Positions 50,542 to 62,479 of a stretch of 64,000 bases of DNA are shown here, piece by piece; the first letter of the stretch is position 1; every line of letters starts with the position of its first letter. The notes beneath the pieces are model-generated. The model saw only the letters and a program-made list of their open reading frames with translations, had not been told where the DNA came from and did not search any database. Made by a program: the position numbers and the translations under genes. The DNA comes from an uncultured Pseudomonadota bacterium (GTDB lineage: Bacteria > Pseudomonadota > Alphaproteobacteria > JACZXZ01), in NCBI GenBank assembly GCA_963749075.1, contig CAVVLJ010000016.1:192001-256000 (forward strand). Direction: 5' to 3'.

Positions 50542-51682
50542 ATGCGTCCGCTCCTCTCCGCCATCCGCGTCATAGACCTCACCACGGTGGTGCTGGGTCC
50601 CTATGCCACCCTCATCCTCGCCGATCTCGGCGCCGAGGTGATCAAGGTCGAGGCGCCGGGCGGCGAGATTCTGCCGCCACGTCGACGCGGCGCGCCATGC
50701 CGGGATGGGGCCGCTCTTCCTCAATCTCAACCGCAACAAGAAGAGCGTGGTGCTCGACCTCAAGGAGGCCGCCGGCCGCGCAAGCCTGCTCTCGCTCGCG
50801 GCAAGCGCCAACGTCTTCGTCCACAACATGCGTCCGGAGGCCATCGCCAAGCTCGGCATCGGCTACGAGACGCTCTCGGCAGGGAACCCGCGGCTCGTCT
50901 ACTGTGCTGCCTGGGGCTTCGCCGAGGCGGGACCCTACGGCAACCTCCAGGCCTACGACGACGTGGTGCAGGCGGCCTCGGGCCTGGCCGCGCTCAACGC
51001 GGTCGAGGGCGTGCCGCGCTACCTGCCGACCCTCGTCGCCGACAAGGTGACGGGCCTCTATGCCGCGAACGCCATCATGGCGGCCCTCCTCCAGCGCGAG
51101 CGCACGGGCCGCGGCCAGTTCGTCGAGGTGCCCATGCTCGAGTGCCTCACGGCCTTCGTCATGGTCGAGCATCTTTCGGGCGCCACCTTCGAGCCGCCGC
51201 TCGCCCCTCCCGGCTACGGCCGCGTGTTGGCGCCCGAGCGCCGGCCCTACAAGGCCAAGGACGGCTATATCGCCATCCTCCCCTACATGACCGACCATTG
51301 GGTGCGCTTCTTCCGCCACATCGGGCGCGAGGATCTGGCCGCCGACGAGACCGTGCGCGACGCGCAGAAGAGGAGCCGAGCGATCGGCCGGCTCTACGCG
51401 GCGATCGCCGAGGCGGCACCCCGGAAGACGCGCGCCGAATGGTTCGCCGAGCTCAAGGCGCTCGCCATCCCCTGCATGCCGGTCAATACGCTCGAGGAGG
51501 TGCTGGCGGACGCGCATCTCAACGCGGTCGGCGCCTTCGCGCGCGTCGAGCATCCCAGCGAGGGGCCCCTCGTGAGCGTGGACTACCCCGGGCGCTTCTC
51601 CGCGGCGCCATCGTACCCGGACCGCCCGGCAGCGGCCCTCGGCGCCGACAACGAGGAGGTGCTGGGCAAGCGCGGGTCTTAA
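50542..51682 (+). CDS. CaiB/BaiF family CoA-transferase; +1 frameshift at ~50669, probably a sequencing error
   Basis: LADLGAEVIKVE then NRNKKSVVLDLK, HNMRP, YDDVVQA; removing one T in GAGATTCTG joins the frames. Confidence 0.85.
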
Positions 51683-52017
51683 CCCTCCACCAGCTCGCTC
51701 GTCTTCGCCGCCATGATGAAGTCGTTCTCGTGCAGGCCCTTGATCTTCTTGGTCTGCCACGAGATGGTGGCCCAGCCCCAGCCGAAGCCGATGTCGGGAT
51801 GGTGGCCTTCCGCCTCGGAGATGGTGCCGACCTTGGCGACAAAGTCCATGGCGTCGCGGAAGTCCCGGAAGCTGAAGCGCCGCTCGAGGCGGTGGGCGTC
51901 GTCGTAGAGCGTCCAGCCCGGCGTCGCCTTGAGATAGCGCTCGGAGAGTGTCTTGCTGAGCGGCGGGATGCCGCCCTGGCAAGGGATGCAGGACTTGGAC
52001 GCAAGCGTGCTCGTCAT
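51679..52017 (-). CDS. Pterin-4-alpha-carbinolamine dehydratase
   Basis: CIPC, EGHHPD, GLHENDFIMAAK. Confidence 0.9.
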   Translation of the reverse strand: MTSTLASKSCIPCQGGIPPLSKTLSERYLKATPGWTLYDDAHRLERRFSFRDFRDAMDFVAKVGTISEAEGHHPDIGFGWGWATISWQTKKIKGLHENDFIMAAKTSELVEG

Positions 52018-52101
52018 GGCCTATCCTCCGCTCTCGCCGATGGCGCCGAGCGATATAATGCCGTGCGCGCCGATCGGCCAGCCCCTCGATGCCGCAGCCC
52101 C

Positions 52102-52839
52102 TCAATTGCCGTTAAGCCAGTCGGGGTCGGGCAGCTCCTTGAATACCGTGCGCAGCCCCTCCATCCAGTGGTGGCGCAGCGAGTTGAAGTAGCTGTCGCT
52201 CGCCGAGATGCGGCGCAGCTGGAGCTTGATCGAGCTGCGGCGGTAGATGGCGATGTCGATGGGAAAGCCGACCGAGAGGTTCGAGCGCAGCGTCGAATCC
52301 ATCGAGATGAGCGCGCACTTGGCCGCGGTGACGAGCGGCGTCGAGGGCCGCACGATGCGGTCGATCATCGGCTTGCCGTACTTGGTCTCGCCCATCTGGA
52401 AATAGGGCGTGTCGGCGGTGGCCTCGATGAAGTTGCCCGCCGAGTAGATCTGGTAGAGGTGCATGGTGCCGTCGCGGATCTGGCCGCCCAGGAGGAACGA
52501 CACGTTGTAATCGGTGCCCTCGGCCTTGAGCGCCTCGCCGTCGAGCTTGTAGATCTCGCGCGTGGCAGTGCCCACGAGGCGCGCCGCCTCGAACATGCTG
52601 GGCACGGTGAGGATGCTCTCCTTGCCGCCGTGGTATGTCGTCAATCCCTGGTTGAGCAGCATCATCACCGACTGGGAGACCGCGAGATTGCCGGCGGTAA
52701 GCAGCACGATGACGCGGTCGCCCGGCTCCCACACGGTCATCTTGCGGAAGGTCGCGATATGGTCGACCCCGGCGTGGGTCCGCGAGTCGGACATGAAGAC
52801 CAGCCCCTCGTCGAGCTGGATGGCGACGCAATAGGTCAT
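52102..52839 (-). CDS. Anbu proteasome-type Ntn peptidase
   Basis: MTYCV N-terminal Thr, SDSRT, GETKYGKP, SNLSVG. Confidence 0.9.
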   Translation of the reverse strand: MTYCVAIQLDEGLVFMSDSRTHAGVDHIATFRKMTVWEPGDRVIVLLTAGNLAVSQSVMMLLNQGLTTYHGGKESILTVPSMFEAARLVGTATREIYKLDGEALKAEGTDYNVSFLLGGQIRDGTMHLYQIYSAGNFIEATADTPYFQMGETKYGKPMIDRIVRPSTPLVTAAKCALISMDSTLRSNLSVGFPIDIAIYRRSSIKLQLRRISASDSYFNSLRHHWMEGLRTVFKELPDPDWLNGN

Positions 52840-52961
52840 CGGCGGCGCTGCTCCCCCTGTGGCGCGGCACCGATCCTAGTGGCAGGCCCGCTCCATGGCA
52901 AACGTCGTGAATCGCAGGCAGTGTCTCAGTTCGAATTTCCGCAAGCGGAGATGAGGTATCG

Positions 52962-53134
52962 TTCCTCTCCTCCTTCAGCATTCCCCCTCTCCTCCTTTAG
53001 GAGGAGAGGGTCGGGGTGAGGAGGTGATTGGGCCAATCGCGTCGAGAGCCGTATGCGCTTGCTGCGCTCGGCCTCCTCACCCTCCCATCCCTTCGGGATG
53101 GGCCCCGCCCTCTCCTCCTAAAGGAGGAGAGGGG
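52962..53134. repeat. Family A repeat
   Basis: Close homolog of 2244-2394, with a duplicated left end. Confidence 0.82.
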
Positions 53135-53174
53135 CATGGAGGAGGGAGATCGGCGCCGCTCCAGGCCCGGGCCG

Positions 53175-53462
53175 TCACTTGGTGCTGCTGGCGAGCGCGC
53201 GACCGGCAAGGGTTGCGAGATGCCTGCGCAAGCCGCCGCGAGATTCGAGGGTTCGGTAGCGCCCGGCAGCGAAATCGTCGATCCCGGCCTTGACGGCCTC
53301 TCGGAGGGCCTTCAGCTTGGCCCGATCCTCGGCATCGCGCTGCTCCAGAAGCCGGAGGCCTTCGCGCAGCACCTCGCTTGCATTCTGGTATCGGCCGGAC
53401 GCAACGAGCCGCTCGACCATGTCCGTCTGGCGATCCGTGAGAACGACATTGCGGGTCGGCAT
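53175..53462 (-). CDS. parD: ParD-like RHH antitoxin (CC2985 type), orphan
   Basis: MPTRNVVLT..VASGRYQNASEVLREGLRLLE. Confidence 0.85.
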   Translation of the reverse strand: MPTRNVVLTDRQTDMVERLVASGRYQNASEVLREGLRLLEQRDAEDRAKLKALREAVKAGIDDFAAGRYRTLESRGGLRRHLATLAGRALASSTK

Positions 53463-53491
53463 CCATGATACTCCGAGGAAGGCCGTGTCGA

Positions 53492-53506
53492 TGGCATATT
53501 ATGCCA
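53492..53506. promoter_or_regulatory. Palindromic operator upstream of parD
   Basis: TGGCATA-T-TATGCCA perfect inverted repeat. Confidence 0.6.
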
Positions 53507-53555
53507 ATTTCGGCCGGGTTCGCCAAGCGCAGATTCGCCGGACATGCCCCCTACC

Positions 53556-54503
53556 TCACCCCGGCAGCATGAAATCGCGGCCGATGGCGTTGCCGAGCTC
53601 GATGTTGCGGTCGATGGTCTCGGTGAGGTACTCGTGGAGGCCTTGCGCGAAGATGTCGCGCATGCTGCCGTAGCGCAGGCGCAAGGCGAGGCTGGCGGCG
53701 AGGCGCGTCGATTCGTAGTCGCGGCTGTAGCGCTCGCGCAGCTCGCTCAGCACGCGCTCGATGGAGGACATCGAGGCGTAGAGGCTGCGCGGCATGTCCT
53801 CGCGGAAGATGAGGAGCTCGGCGACGCGCGCCGGCGTGATGGTGTCGCGGAAGATGCGGCGGTAGGCGTTGAGCGCGCTCACCGAGCGTAAGACCGCCGC
53901 CCACTGGTAGTAGTCGACGGCACCCCCCACGTCCTCGGCCGAGGGCAGCAGCACGTGGTACTTGGCGTCGAGGATGCGCGCGGTGGCGTCGGCGCGCTCG
54001 AGGAAGCCGCCGAGCTGCACGAAGCTGAAGGCCTCGTCGCGCTGCATGGTGCCGTAGGCGATGCCGCGGAAGAGGTGGCTGCGCTCCTTGACCCAGTCGA
54101 AGAAGTCCGAGAGCCCGCGCTCGAGGATGCGGCCGTAGTCGAGTCCGTGCATCTCGTGCCAGGTGTCGTTCAGGCTCTCCCACATCTCGGTGGTGATCTG
54201 GGCGCGCATGAAGCGCGCGTTCTCGCGCGCCCACTGCAGCGAGCAGCAGATGCTCGAGCGGTTCTCGGGCGTCAAGGCCAGGTACTCGATGACGCCGTGC
54301 GCGTCGTAGGCGCCGCCGAGCGCCGCATAGGGCCCCTCGCAGCCGGCGATGATGATCGCCGATTCCCACTGCGTGTGGCGGCCGCGCTCGTCTCCGGGCA
54401 AGAGCGACATGCGGTAGGCCACGTCGAGGATGCGCGCCATGGTCTCGGCGCGCTCCATGTAGCGGGCCATCCAGTAGAGGTTGTCGGCCGCCCGGCTCAG
54501 CAT
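53556..54503 (-). CDS. Alpha-E domain protein
   Basis: MLSRAADNLYWMARYMERAE, ARENAR, LERAD, PRSL. Confidence 0.92.
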   Translation of the reverse strand: MLSRAADNLYWMARYMERAETMARILDVAYRMSLLPGDERGRHTQWESAIIIAGCEGPYAALGGAYDAHGVIEYLALTPENRSSICCSLQWARENARFMRAQITTEMWESLNDTWHEMHGLDYGRILERGLSDFFDWVKERSHLFRGIAYGTMQRDEAFSFVQLGGFLERADATARILDAKYHVLLPSAEDVGGAVDYYQWAAVLRSVSALNAYRRIFRDTITPARVAELLIFREDMPRSLYASMSSIERVLSELRERYSRDYESTRLAASLALRLRYGSMRDIFAQGLHEYLTETIDRNIELGNAIGRDFMLPG

Positions 54504-54509
54504 GCGCGG

Positions 54510-55940
54510 CTAACCTTCCAGCACCCAGGTGTCCTTGGTGCCGCCGCCCTGGCTGGAGTTCACCACGAGCGAGTTCTCGCGCAGCGCCACGCGGGTGAGG
54601 CCGCCCGGCACCACCTTGATCGTGGCACCCGAGAGCACGAAGGGCCTCAAGTCTACGTGGCGCGGTGCGATGCCGCTTTCGACGAAGGTCGGGCAGGTGG
54701 AGAGCGCCAAGGTGGGCTGGGCGATGAACTGCGCCGGTGCTGCCAGGATGCGCAGGCGGTACTCCTCGATCTCCGCCGCCGTGGAGCGCGGGCCGATGAG
54801 CATGCCGTAGCCGCCCGAGCCGTGCACCTCCTTGACCACGAGCTCGTCGAGGTGTGCCAGCGCATAGCCGAGATCGTCGCGCTCGCGCAAGCGCCAGGTC
54901 GGCACATTGTCGAGCAGGGGCTCCTCGCCCAGGTAGAAGCGCACGATCTCCGGCACGTAGGCATAGACCGCCTTGTCGTCGGCGATGCCGGCGCCGACCG
55001 CGTTGGCGAGCGCCACGTTGCCCGCCCGATAGGCAGCGAACAGGCCCGGGCAGCCGAGCACCGATTGCGGATTGAAGACCTGCGGATCGATGAAGGGGTC
55101 GTCGATGCGGCGGTAGATCACGTCGATGCGCTGCAGCCCGGCCGCCGTGCGCATATAGACCCTGTGGTCCCTGGCCACGAGGTCCTGCCCCTCGACCAGC
55201 TCGATGCCCATCTGCTCGGCGAGGAAGACATGCTCGAAGTAGGCGCTGTTGTAGGAGCCCGGCGTGAGCAGCGCCACCGTCGGGTCGGAGCCGCAATGGG
55301 CCGGCGCCACCGAGCGCAGCATCTTCAGGAGCTCGTCCGGATAGTGGCCGACGGGAGCTATGCGGTGGCGCGCGAAAAGCTCGGGGAAGAGGCGCATCAT
55401 CACCTCGCGGTCCTCGAGCATGTAGGAGACGCCCGACGGCGTGCGCAGGTTGTCCTCGAGCACGTAGAACTGCCGCTCGCCCGTGCGCACCACGTCGATG
55501 CCGGCGACATGGGTATAGACCCCGTGGGGCAGCGCCACCCCCTCCATCTCGGGGCGGTACTGGGTGTTCTTCAGCACGAGGTCCTCGGGCACCAGGCCCG
55601 CGCGCAGGATCTCCCGCTTGCCGTAGACGTCGGCGATGAAGAGGTTGATGGCCTTCACGCGCTGCGTGAGGCCCGCCTCGAGGAAGTGCCACTCCTCGGC
55701 GGAGAGCACGCGCGGGATGATGTCGAAGGGGATGAGACGCTCCACGTCGCCGCCCTCGCCATAGACGGCGAAGGTAATACCGAGGCGGCGGAAGATGAGA
55801 TCGGCCTCGCGGCGCTTGAGCTCGAGCGTCTCGCGGGGCGTGCGCGCGAGCCAGTCAGCTAATCCGCGATAGGGCGGGCGCACGGCCGCGTCGCCACCGC
55901 GCATCTCGTCGAAGGTCGTGACGGCGTCGGACGCAGCGAT
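54510..55940 (-). CDS. Circularly permuted type 2 ATP-grasp protein (start uncertain: ATC 55940 or ATG 55904)
   Basis: FDEM, IPFDIIPR, EDNLRTPSGVSYM, NSSQGGGTKDTWV. Confidence 0.9.
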   Translation of the reverse strand: MAASDAVTTFDEMRGGDAAVRPPYRGLADWLARTPRETLELKRREADLIFRRLGITFAVYGEGGDVERLIPFDIIPRVLSAEEWHFLEAGLTQRVKAINLFIADVYGKREILRAGLVPEDLVLKNTQYRPEMEGVALPHGVYTHVAGIDVVRTGERQFYVLEDNLRTPSGVSYMLEDREVMMRLFPELFARHRIAPVGHYPDELLKMLRSVAPAHCGSDPTVALLTPGSYNSAYFEHVFLAEQMGIELVEGQDLVARDHRVYMRTAAGLQRIDVIYRRIDDPFIDPQVFNPQSVLGCPGLFAAYRAGNVALANAVGAGIADDKAVYAYVPEIVRFYLGEEPLLDNVPTWRLRERDDLGYALAHLDELVVKEVHGSGGYGMLIGPRSTAAEIEEYRLRILAAPAQFIAQPTLALSTCPTFVESGIAPRHVDLRPFVLSGATIKVVPGGLTRVALRENSLVVNSSQGGGTKDTWVLEG

Positions 55941-56167
55941 GGCGAAGCCTCCCAGCGCTCGGCCGGCTTGGCGCCGGTCCCCGCCTCAAGTCGAGCAAGT
56001 TCCATACCATAGCGCAAGGAGTTCGGTCGCCGCCGCCGCCGCCGCCGGGCCCCAGTCCCGGGTCATGCAGCAATTTGCAATGCCTATTTTTTAGGCAGTT
56101 TTGACCTCGCCGAGGCCTCCGTCGCGCCTCTATCTACGGCACCGCGGAAATTTTTTGCGAAATATCC

Positions 56168-56195
56168 CTTGAACGCTTCACCGCCTTACCTAAAT
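56168..56195 (+). promoter_or_regulatory. RpoH (sigma32)-type promoter
   Basis: CTTGAA...CCTAAAT upstream of CIRCE and groES. Confidence 0.6.
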
Positions 56196-56204
56196 TAGAA
56201 CTGC

Positions 56205-56231
56205 TTGGCACTCATCACACAGGAGTGCTAA
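56205..56231. promoter_or_regulatory. CIRCE element (HrcA operator)
   Basis: TTGGCACTC-N9-GAGTGCTAA. Confidence 0.93.
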
Positions 56232-56276
56232 CAAACAGGGTTTTGGCAAACATTTCAAACTCTTGGAGGAGCAGCC

Positions 56277-56591
56277 ATGAAATTCAGGCCGCTGCATGAT
56301 CGTGTGGTGGTGCGCCGCGTCGAGCAGGAGGCAAAATCGGCGGGCGGCATCATCATTCCCGACACTGCGAAGGAGAAGCCGATGGAGGGCGAGATCGTCG
56401 CCGCCGGTCCGGGTGCGCGCAACGAGAAGGGCGAGCTCGTCCCGCTCGATGTCAAGGCCGGCGATCACATTCTCTTCGGCAAGTGGTCGGGCACCGAGGT
56501 GAAGATGGACGGCGAGGAGCTCCTGATCATGAAGGAGTCCAACGTCATGGGCATTATCGAGAGATCCAAGTCGGCCAGGCGGGCCGCTTAG
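56277..56591 (+). CDS. groES: Co-chaperonin GroES
   Basis: [23 protein letters not shown]. Confidence 0.97.
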   Translation: MKFRPLHDRVVVRRVEQEAKSAGGIIIPDTAKEKPMEGEIVAAGPGARNEKGELVPLDVKAGDHILFGKWSGTEVKMDGEELLIMKESNVMGIIERSKSARRAA

Positions 56592-56603
56592 GGAGGAGAG
56601 TAG

Positions 56604-58247
<1,644 letters not shown>

Positions 58248-58276
58248 GCCCAAGCGACACGCGACGGATTGCGACC

Positions 58277-58310
58277 GGGGGCCGCTCGAACGAGCGGCCC
58301 CCTTCTTCTT
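58277..58310 (+). terminator. Rho-independent terminator of groESL
   Basis: GGGGGCCGCTCG-AA-CGAGCGGCCCCC followed by TTCTTCTT. Confidence 0.8.
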
Positions 58311-58433
58311 GCTTCTTGCGAGAAGAAATGCGGCCGCTCCTTGAGCGGCTCCCTCCTTGCGTAGAGAGCGGCCGCATCGCCACGTGGCGCGTATCGCATT
58401 GCGCGGCCGAACTCGCACGCGCATCATTCGCCG

Positions 58434-59354
58434 ATGGCAAGGCCGGAGCTGCCGCACGACCAGGGCGATCTCTTCCGCGCCGCCGCGGAGGCGTGGCGGC
58501 CGCCGTCCGCGCAGGAGCAATCCCACGGGGACAGGGAGACGCTCGACCACGAGAGGCTGGCCGCGCTCGGCGATGAGGATGTTCTCCTCTGGCTCGAGCG
58601 CAGCCTGGAGCCCGGCCGCCCGATGGCGACGCGCCTGGCCTTGATCGAGGAAGCCGGGCGCCGCCGGCTCGCCGCGGCAAGGCCCAGCCTCATGTTGATG
58701 ATCCGGCTGCTCTCCGCAATCGACCGCGCCGGGCCGACGCCCGAGGTGGCGCTCGCCATTGCGGCGCTGGGCTTGATCGATGCGCGCGGGGCATGCCCCG
58801 AGCTCGGCAGCCTCTTGCTGAAAGGGGAATACTCGCCCGCGACTTGGCGCGCGATCCTTGAGCTCCACCGCACTGCAGGCGTCCGTCCCGCGGCGGAGCT
58901 GCTTGCCCGCGCCTTCGCTCTCGGCGACCGCGGCGCGGCAGCCGCCGCGGCCCGCCTCGCCGGCATCGGCCAAATGAGGGGCTTTCTCGGCACCCTGCGC
59001 GCGCTTCTCGACGGGCCGTCGCCCGAGGGGAGGGCAGCGGCCGCTGTCGCCCTCGGATTGTTGGGCGACCGCTCGGTCAAGGCGTTCCTCGAGAGCGCCC
59101 TCAGCCAGGCGTCGTCGCCGTTCGACCGCGATTTGCTGGATGCGCTCGGCCGCATCGGCGACCGCGAGACCATCGTGCTCGTCCGCAAGCTCCTGCGACG
59201 CTCCCCTGGCGAGGACGACGCCGTGGCGCTGCTCGGCGTCGCAGCCGAAATCGGCGGACCGCTTGCCCTCCGCCTCATGGGCGAGACTGCGGCCTCGTCT
59301 CCATGGCCGGCTGTGCGGGCTGCCGCCGTGGAGCTGCTGAGCGAGCGGCCGTAG
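58434..59354 (+). CDS. Hypothetical HEAT/PBS-lyase-like repeat protein
   Basis: Repeated AAVALGLLGD / DALGRIGD / VRAAAVELL helices. Confidence 0.55.
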   Translation: MARPELPHDQGDLFRAAAEAWRPPSAQEQSHGDRETLDHERLAALGDEDVLLWLERSLEPGRPMATRLALIEEAGRRRLAAARPSLMLMIRLLSAIDRAGPTPEVALAIAALGLIDARGACPELGSLLLKGEYSPATWRAILELHRTAGVRPAAELLARAFALGDRGAAAAAARLAGIGQMRGFLGTLRALLDGPSPEGRAAAAVALGLLGDRSVKAFLESALSQASSPFDRDLLDALGRIGDRETIVLVRKLLRRSPGEDDAVALLGVAAEIGGPLALRLMGETAASSPWPAVRAAAVELLSERP

Positions 59355-59465
59355 CGGGCGGCCTTGGGAGATCCTTAGATGCCGTCTCTCGCAAGCGGCA
59401 GATCGGCGTGCTAGACCGGCTGTCGTCGGCCGCAACGGGCCGGCGGCGAGGAAAGGACATCCGGG

Positions 59466-60629
59466 ATGCTGCCATCGCAACGCGCGCTCTTCGATATCCC
59501 GCGCGAGGTCTGCTACCTCAACGCCGCGTCCTGGAGCCCGCTGCCGCTCGTGGCGCAGGAGGCGGGACGCATTGGTGCTGCGCGCAAGGGGCAGCCCTGG
59601 AAGCTCGATGCCGAGTTCGCCCAGCGCCAGCACGAGCGCGCGAGGAGTGCGGCGGCGCGGCTCATCAATGCGGATCCCGGCGACGTGGCGGTGATCTCCT
59701 CCGTCGGCTACGGCGTCGCCACGGCCGGGAAGCTCTTGAGCCTGCCGCGCGGCTCCCGCGTTCTCCTGTTGCAGGACGACCACTCCTCGCCGGTCCTCGA
59801 GTGGCTCACGCGGGCGCCGGAAGGGGGCTTCATCGTCGAGGCGGTGGCGCGGCCGGAAGACGGAGACTGGACCGCGGCCCTGCTCGCGGCGATCGCGCGC
59901 CCGGCAGCACCGCCGGTCTCGCTCGCCTCGATCTCCTCGGTGCACTGGTCGGACGGCGGGGCGGTCGATCTCGCTGCCGTCGCCGCGGCGCTGAGGGCGG
60001 AGGGTGCGGCGCTCCTCGTCGATGCCACCCACGGCGCAGGCGTCATGGCGCTCGACGTACGCACCCTCGATCCCGACTTCCTCGTCTTCCCCACCTACAA
60101 GTGGGTGCTCGGCCCCTACGGCCGCGCCTTCCTCTACGTCGCCAAGCGCCGCCAGGAGGGCGTGCCGCTCGAGCAGACGAGCTACGGGCGCCGTGCCGTC
60201 ACAGCCGAGCGCACGCCCTATCTCGGCGACACGGCCTACGTCAGCCATGCGCGGCGCTTCGACATGGGCGAGCGCGACCATTTCATCTCGCTCGAGATGG
60301 CATCGATCGGCATGGAGATGGTGGCAGCCTGGGGTGCTGAGGCGATCGTCGCGCGCCTCGCCATGCTGACCGAGCGGCTGGCCGGGGGCCTGGCCAATGC
60401 GGGCGTCCTCGTCCCGGATGCGCGCGTCCGGGCACCGCACATCCTCAGCCTGCGCTTCCCCAAGGGCCTGCCCGACGGTCTTGCCGAGAGCCTTGCCGAG
60501 GAGAGCGTCTACGCGGCATCCCGCCTCGGACGCCTCCGCATCAGCCCCCACGTCTATAACGACGAGGACGACGTGGACCGCTTCCTCGAGGTCTTCCGCA
60601 CGGCGCTCAGGCGGCTTCCTTCGCCTTGA
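59466..60629 (+). CDS. Class V aminotransferase / cysteine desulfurase-like PLP enzyme
   Basis: YLNAA, VDATH, YKWVLGP, LRISPHVYN. Confidence 0.88.
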   Translation: MLPSQRALFDIPREVCYLNAASWSPLPLVAQEAGRIGAARKGQPWKLDAEFAQRQHERARSAAARLINADPGDVAVISSVGYGVATAGKLLSLPRGSRVLLLQDDHSSPVLEWLTRAPEGGFIVEAVARPEDGDWTAALLAAIARPAAPPVSLASISSVHWSDGGAVDLAAVAAALRAEGAALLVDATHGAGVMALDVRTLDPDFLVFPTYKWVLGPYGRAFLYVAKRRQEGVPLEQTSYGRRAVTAERTPYLGDTAYVSHARRFDMGERDHFISLEMASIGMEMVAAWGAEAIVARLAMLTERLAGGLANAGVLVPDARVRAPHILSLRFPKGLPDGLAESLAEESVYAASRLGRLRISPHVYNDEDDVDRFLEVFRTALRRLPSP

Positions 60630-62097
60630 GCGCGTTCTTGGGATTGAGCCGGCCGGGCAGGCCTAAGGCGACTGCGAGGGCGATGAGCGAGAGGAGGGCG
60701 GCCACCAGGAAGACGCCGTGGAGCGCTGCCGCCATCGCCTGGACGACGCGGCCGAGGGTCGCCGGATCGATGGCGCTGCGGCTCGCCGGCTCCAGCATGC
60801 GGTCGACGATGGCGGTGTCGATGCCGGCACGCCGCCCGACGCCGTAGTTGAGCATGGCGCCGAACACGGCAGCACCCATCGCTTGGCCGGCCATGCGCAT
60901 GAAGATGTTGCCCGAGGTGGCGGCGCCCCGCTCGTGCCAGCCGACGCTCGTCTGCACCGCGACCACGTAGGTCGAGTTGGTGAAGCCCATGCCGAAGCCG
61001 ACGAGAAAGACGCCGGCGGTGGCGAAGGCAGCGCTCCGCTCGGGCGTCAGCATGGCGAGCACCGAGCTCCCCAAGACGAGGGTGAGCGAGCCCAGGACCG
61101 CGGTGAGGCGGAACGAGCGCGCCACCATGAGACGTCCGCCGAGCGCACTGGCAAGCGGCCAGCTGATCGACATGGAGGCGACCGCGAGGCCGGCCGCTGC
61201 CGGCGTGCCGCCGATGACGCCCTGCACGTAGGTGGGCACGAAGCTGGCGGCGCCGATCATCACCGCCCCGGTGAAGAGCTGGCCGAGGTTGCCCGTGGCG
61301 ATCACCCGCTGCCTCCATAAGGCGAGCGGCATGATCGGCTCGAGCACGCGGCGCTCGACGCGGAAGAAGAAGGCGAGGAGGCCTCCGGCCGCGAGGACGA
61401 GAGCGGCGACGAGGAGCGGCGGCAGGCTGACGCCCTGGATGAGGGCCAGCATGAGCGCCGTCGTCCCGGCCATGAGGAGAGCGGCCCCGAGATAGTCGAC
61501 GTCATGGCGCTCGAGGGGCTTCTCCTCGTCGAAGAAGACGGCGAGGAGGATCAAGGCCGCGGCGCCGACCGGCAGGTTGATCCAGAACACGAACGACCAG
61601 CTCACATGCTCGACGAAGAAGGCGCCGAGCGCCGGCCCGATGACCGCCGCAGTGCCCCATGCCGCAGCCAAGTAGCCCTGCACCCGCGCGCGCTCCTCGG
61701 GCCCGTAGATGTCGCCCACGATCGTGGTGGCGACCGGCTGGATGCTGCCGGCGCCCAGGCCCTGGAGCGCCCGGAAGACGACGAGCCAGAGCATGCTCGG
61801 CGCCAGGCCCGCCAGCGTCGAGCCGGCGAGGAACAGCGCCGTGCCGGCGTAAAGCGCCGGCTTGCGGCCGAAGACGTCGGCAAGCTTGCCGTAGATCGGC
61901 GCCGAGGCGGCCTGGGTCAGGAGATAGATGGCGAACACCCAGCTGAAGAGCTGGAAGCCGCCCAGGCTGGCCACGATGCTCGGCATCGCCGTCGCGACGA
62001 TGGTGGCTTCGACCGCCGCCATGAACATGGCCAGCATGACGGCGAGGAGGACCAGCGGGCGGCGGTCGGTGGGCTTGCTCGAATGACGCTCGCTCAA
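60607..62097 (-). CDS. MFS drug/H+ antiporter (DHA2)
   Basis: TIVATAMPSI, YGKLADVFGRK, FRALQGLGAG, WSFVFWINLP. Confidence 0.9.
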   Translation of the reverse strand: MSERHSSKPTDRRPLVLLAVMLAMFMAAVEATIVATAMPSIVASLGGFQLFSWVFAIYLLTQAASAPIYGKLADVFGRKPALYAGTALFLAGSTLAGLAPSMLWLVVFRALQGLGAGSIQPVATTIVGDIYGPEERARVQGYLAAAWGTAAVIGPALGAFFVEHVSWSFVFWINLPVGAAALILLAVFFDEEKPLERHDVDYLGAALLMAGTTALMLALIQGVSLPPLLVAALVLAAGGLLAFFFRVERRVLEPIMPLALWRQRVIATGNLGQLFTGAVMIGAASFVPTYVQGVIGGTPAAAGLAVASMSISWPLASALGGRLMVARSFRLTAVLGSLTLVLGSSVLAMLTPERSAAFATAGVFLVGFGMGFTNSTYVVAVQTSVGWHERGAATSGNIFMRMAGQAMGAAVFGAMLNYGVGRRAGIDTAIVDRMLEPASRSAIDPATLGRVVQAMAAALHGVFLVAALLSLIALAVALGLPGRLNPKNALKAKEAA

Positions 62098-62479
62098 AGC
62101 TCCCCTCGGGCTCCCCTCGGGCTCCCCACCGCCGGACGCGGCGGTCGCTCCTGCTCAAGCCATCAAGCCATTACGGCAGCGCGACGCCTTCCGCAAGCGG
62201 CGGCCCGCCGGATCTTGCCCTCCATCATTACTTGTGGCGGAAAAGACGAAGAGCAGCCTTGAAATCGACGAATTATTGTATTCTAAGGAGCGTGTGCTGT
62301 GTTGACGGCGCGGAATGCTGAGGGCTCGGCGCCGCATTGCTGCGGCGGGGCTGCGCCGCATTCCGTCCCGACATGGCAGGGATGCAGGAACGCCGATCGG
62401 GCGAGGCGGGGCATCCGGTGCAGGGGGCCTTGGCGCTGAGGCATCCAGGCGCCGGGGCGGCGCCCTCGCAATTGGGCCA

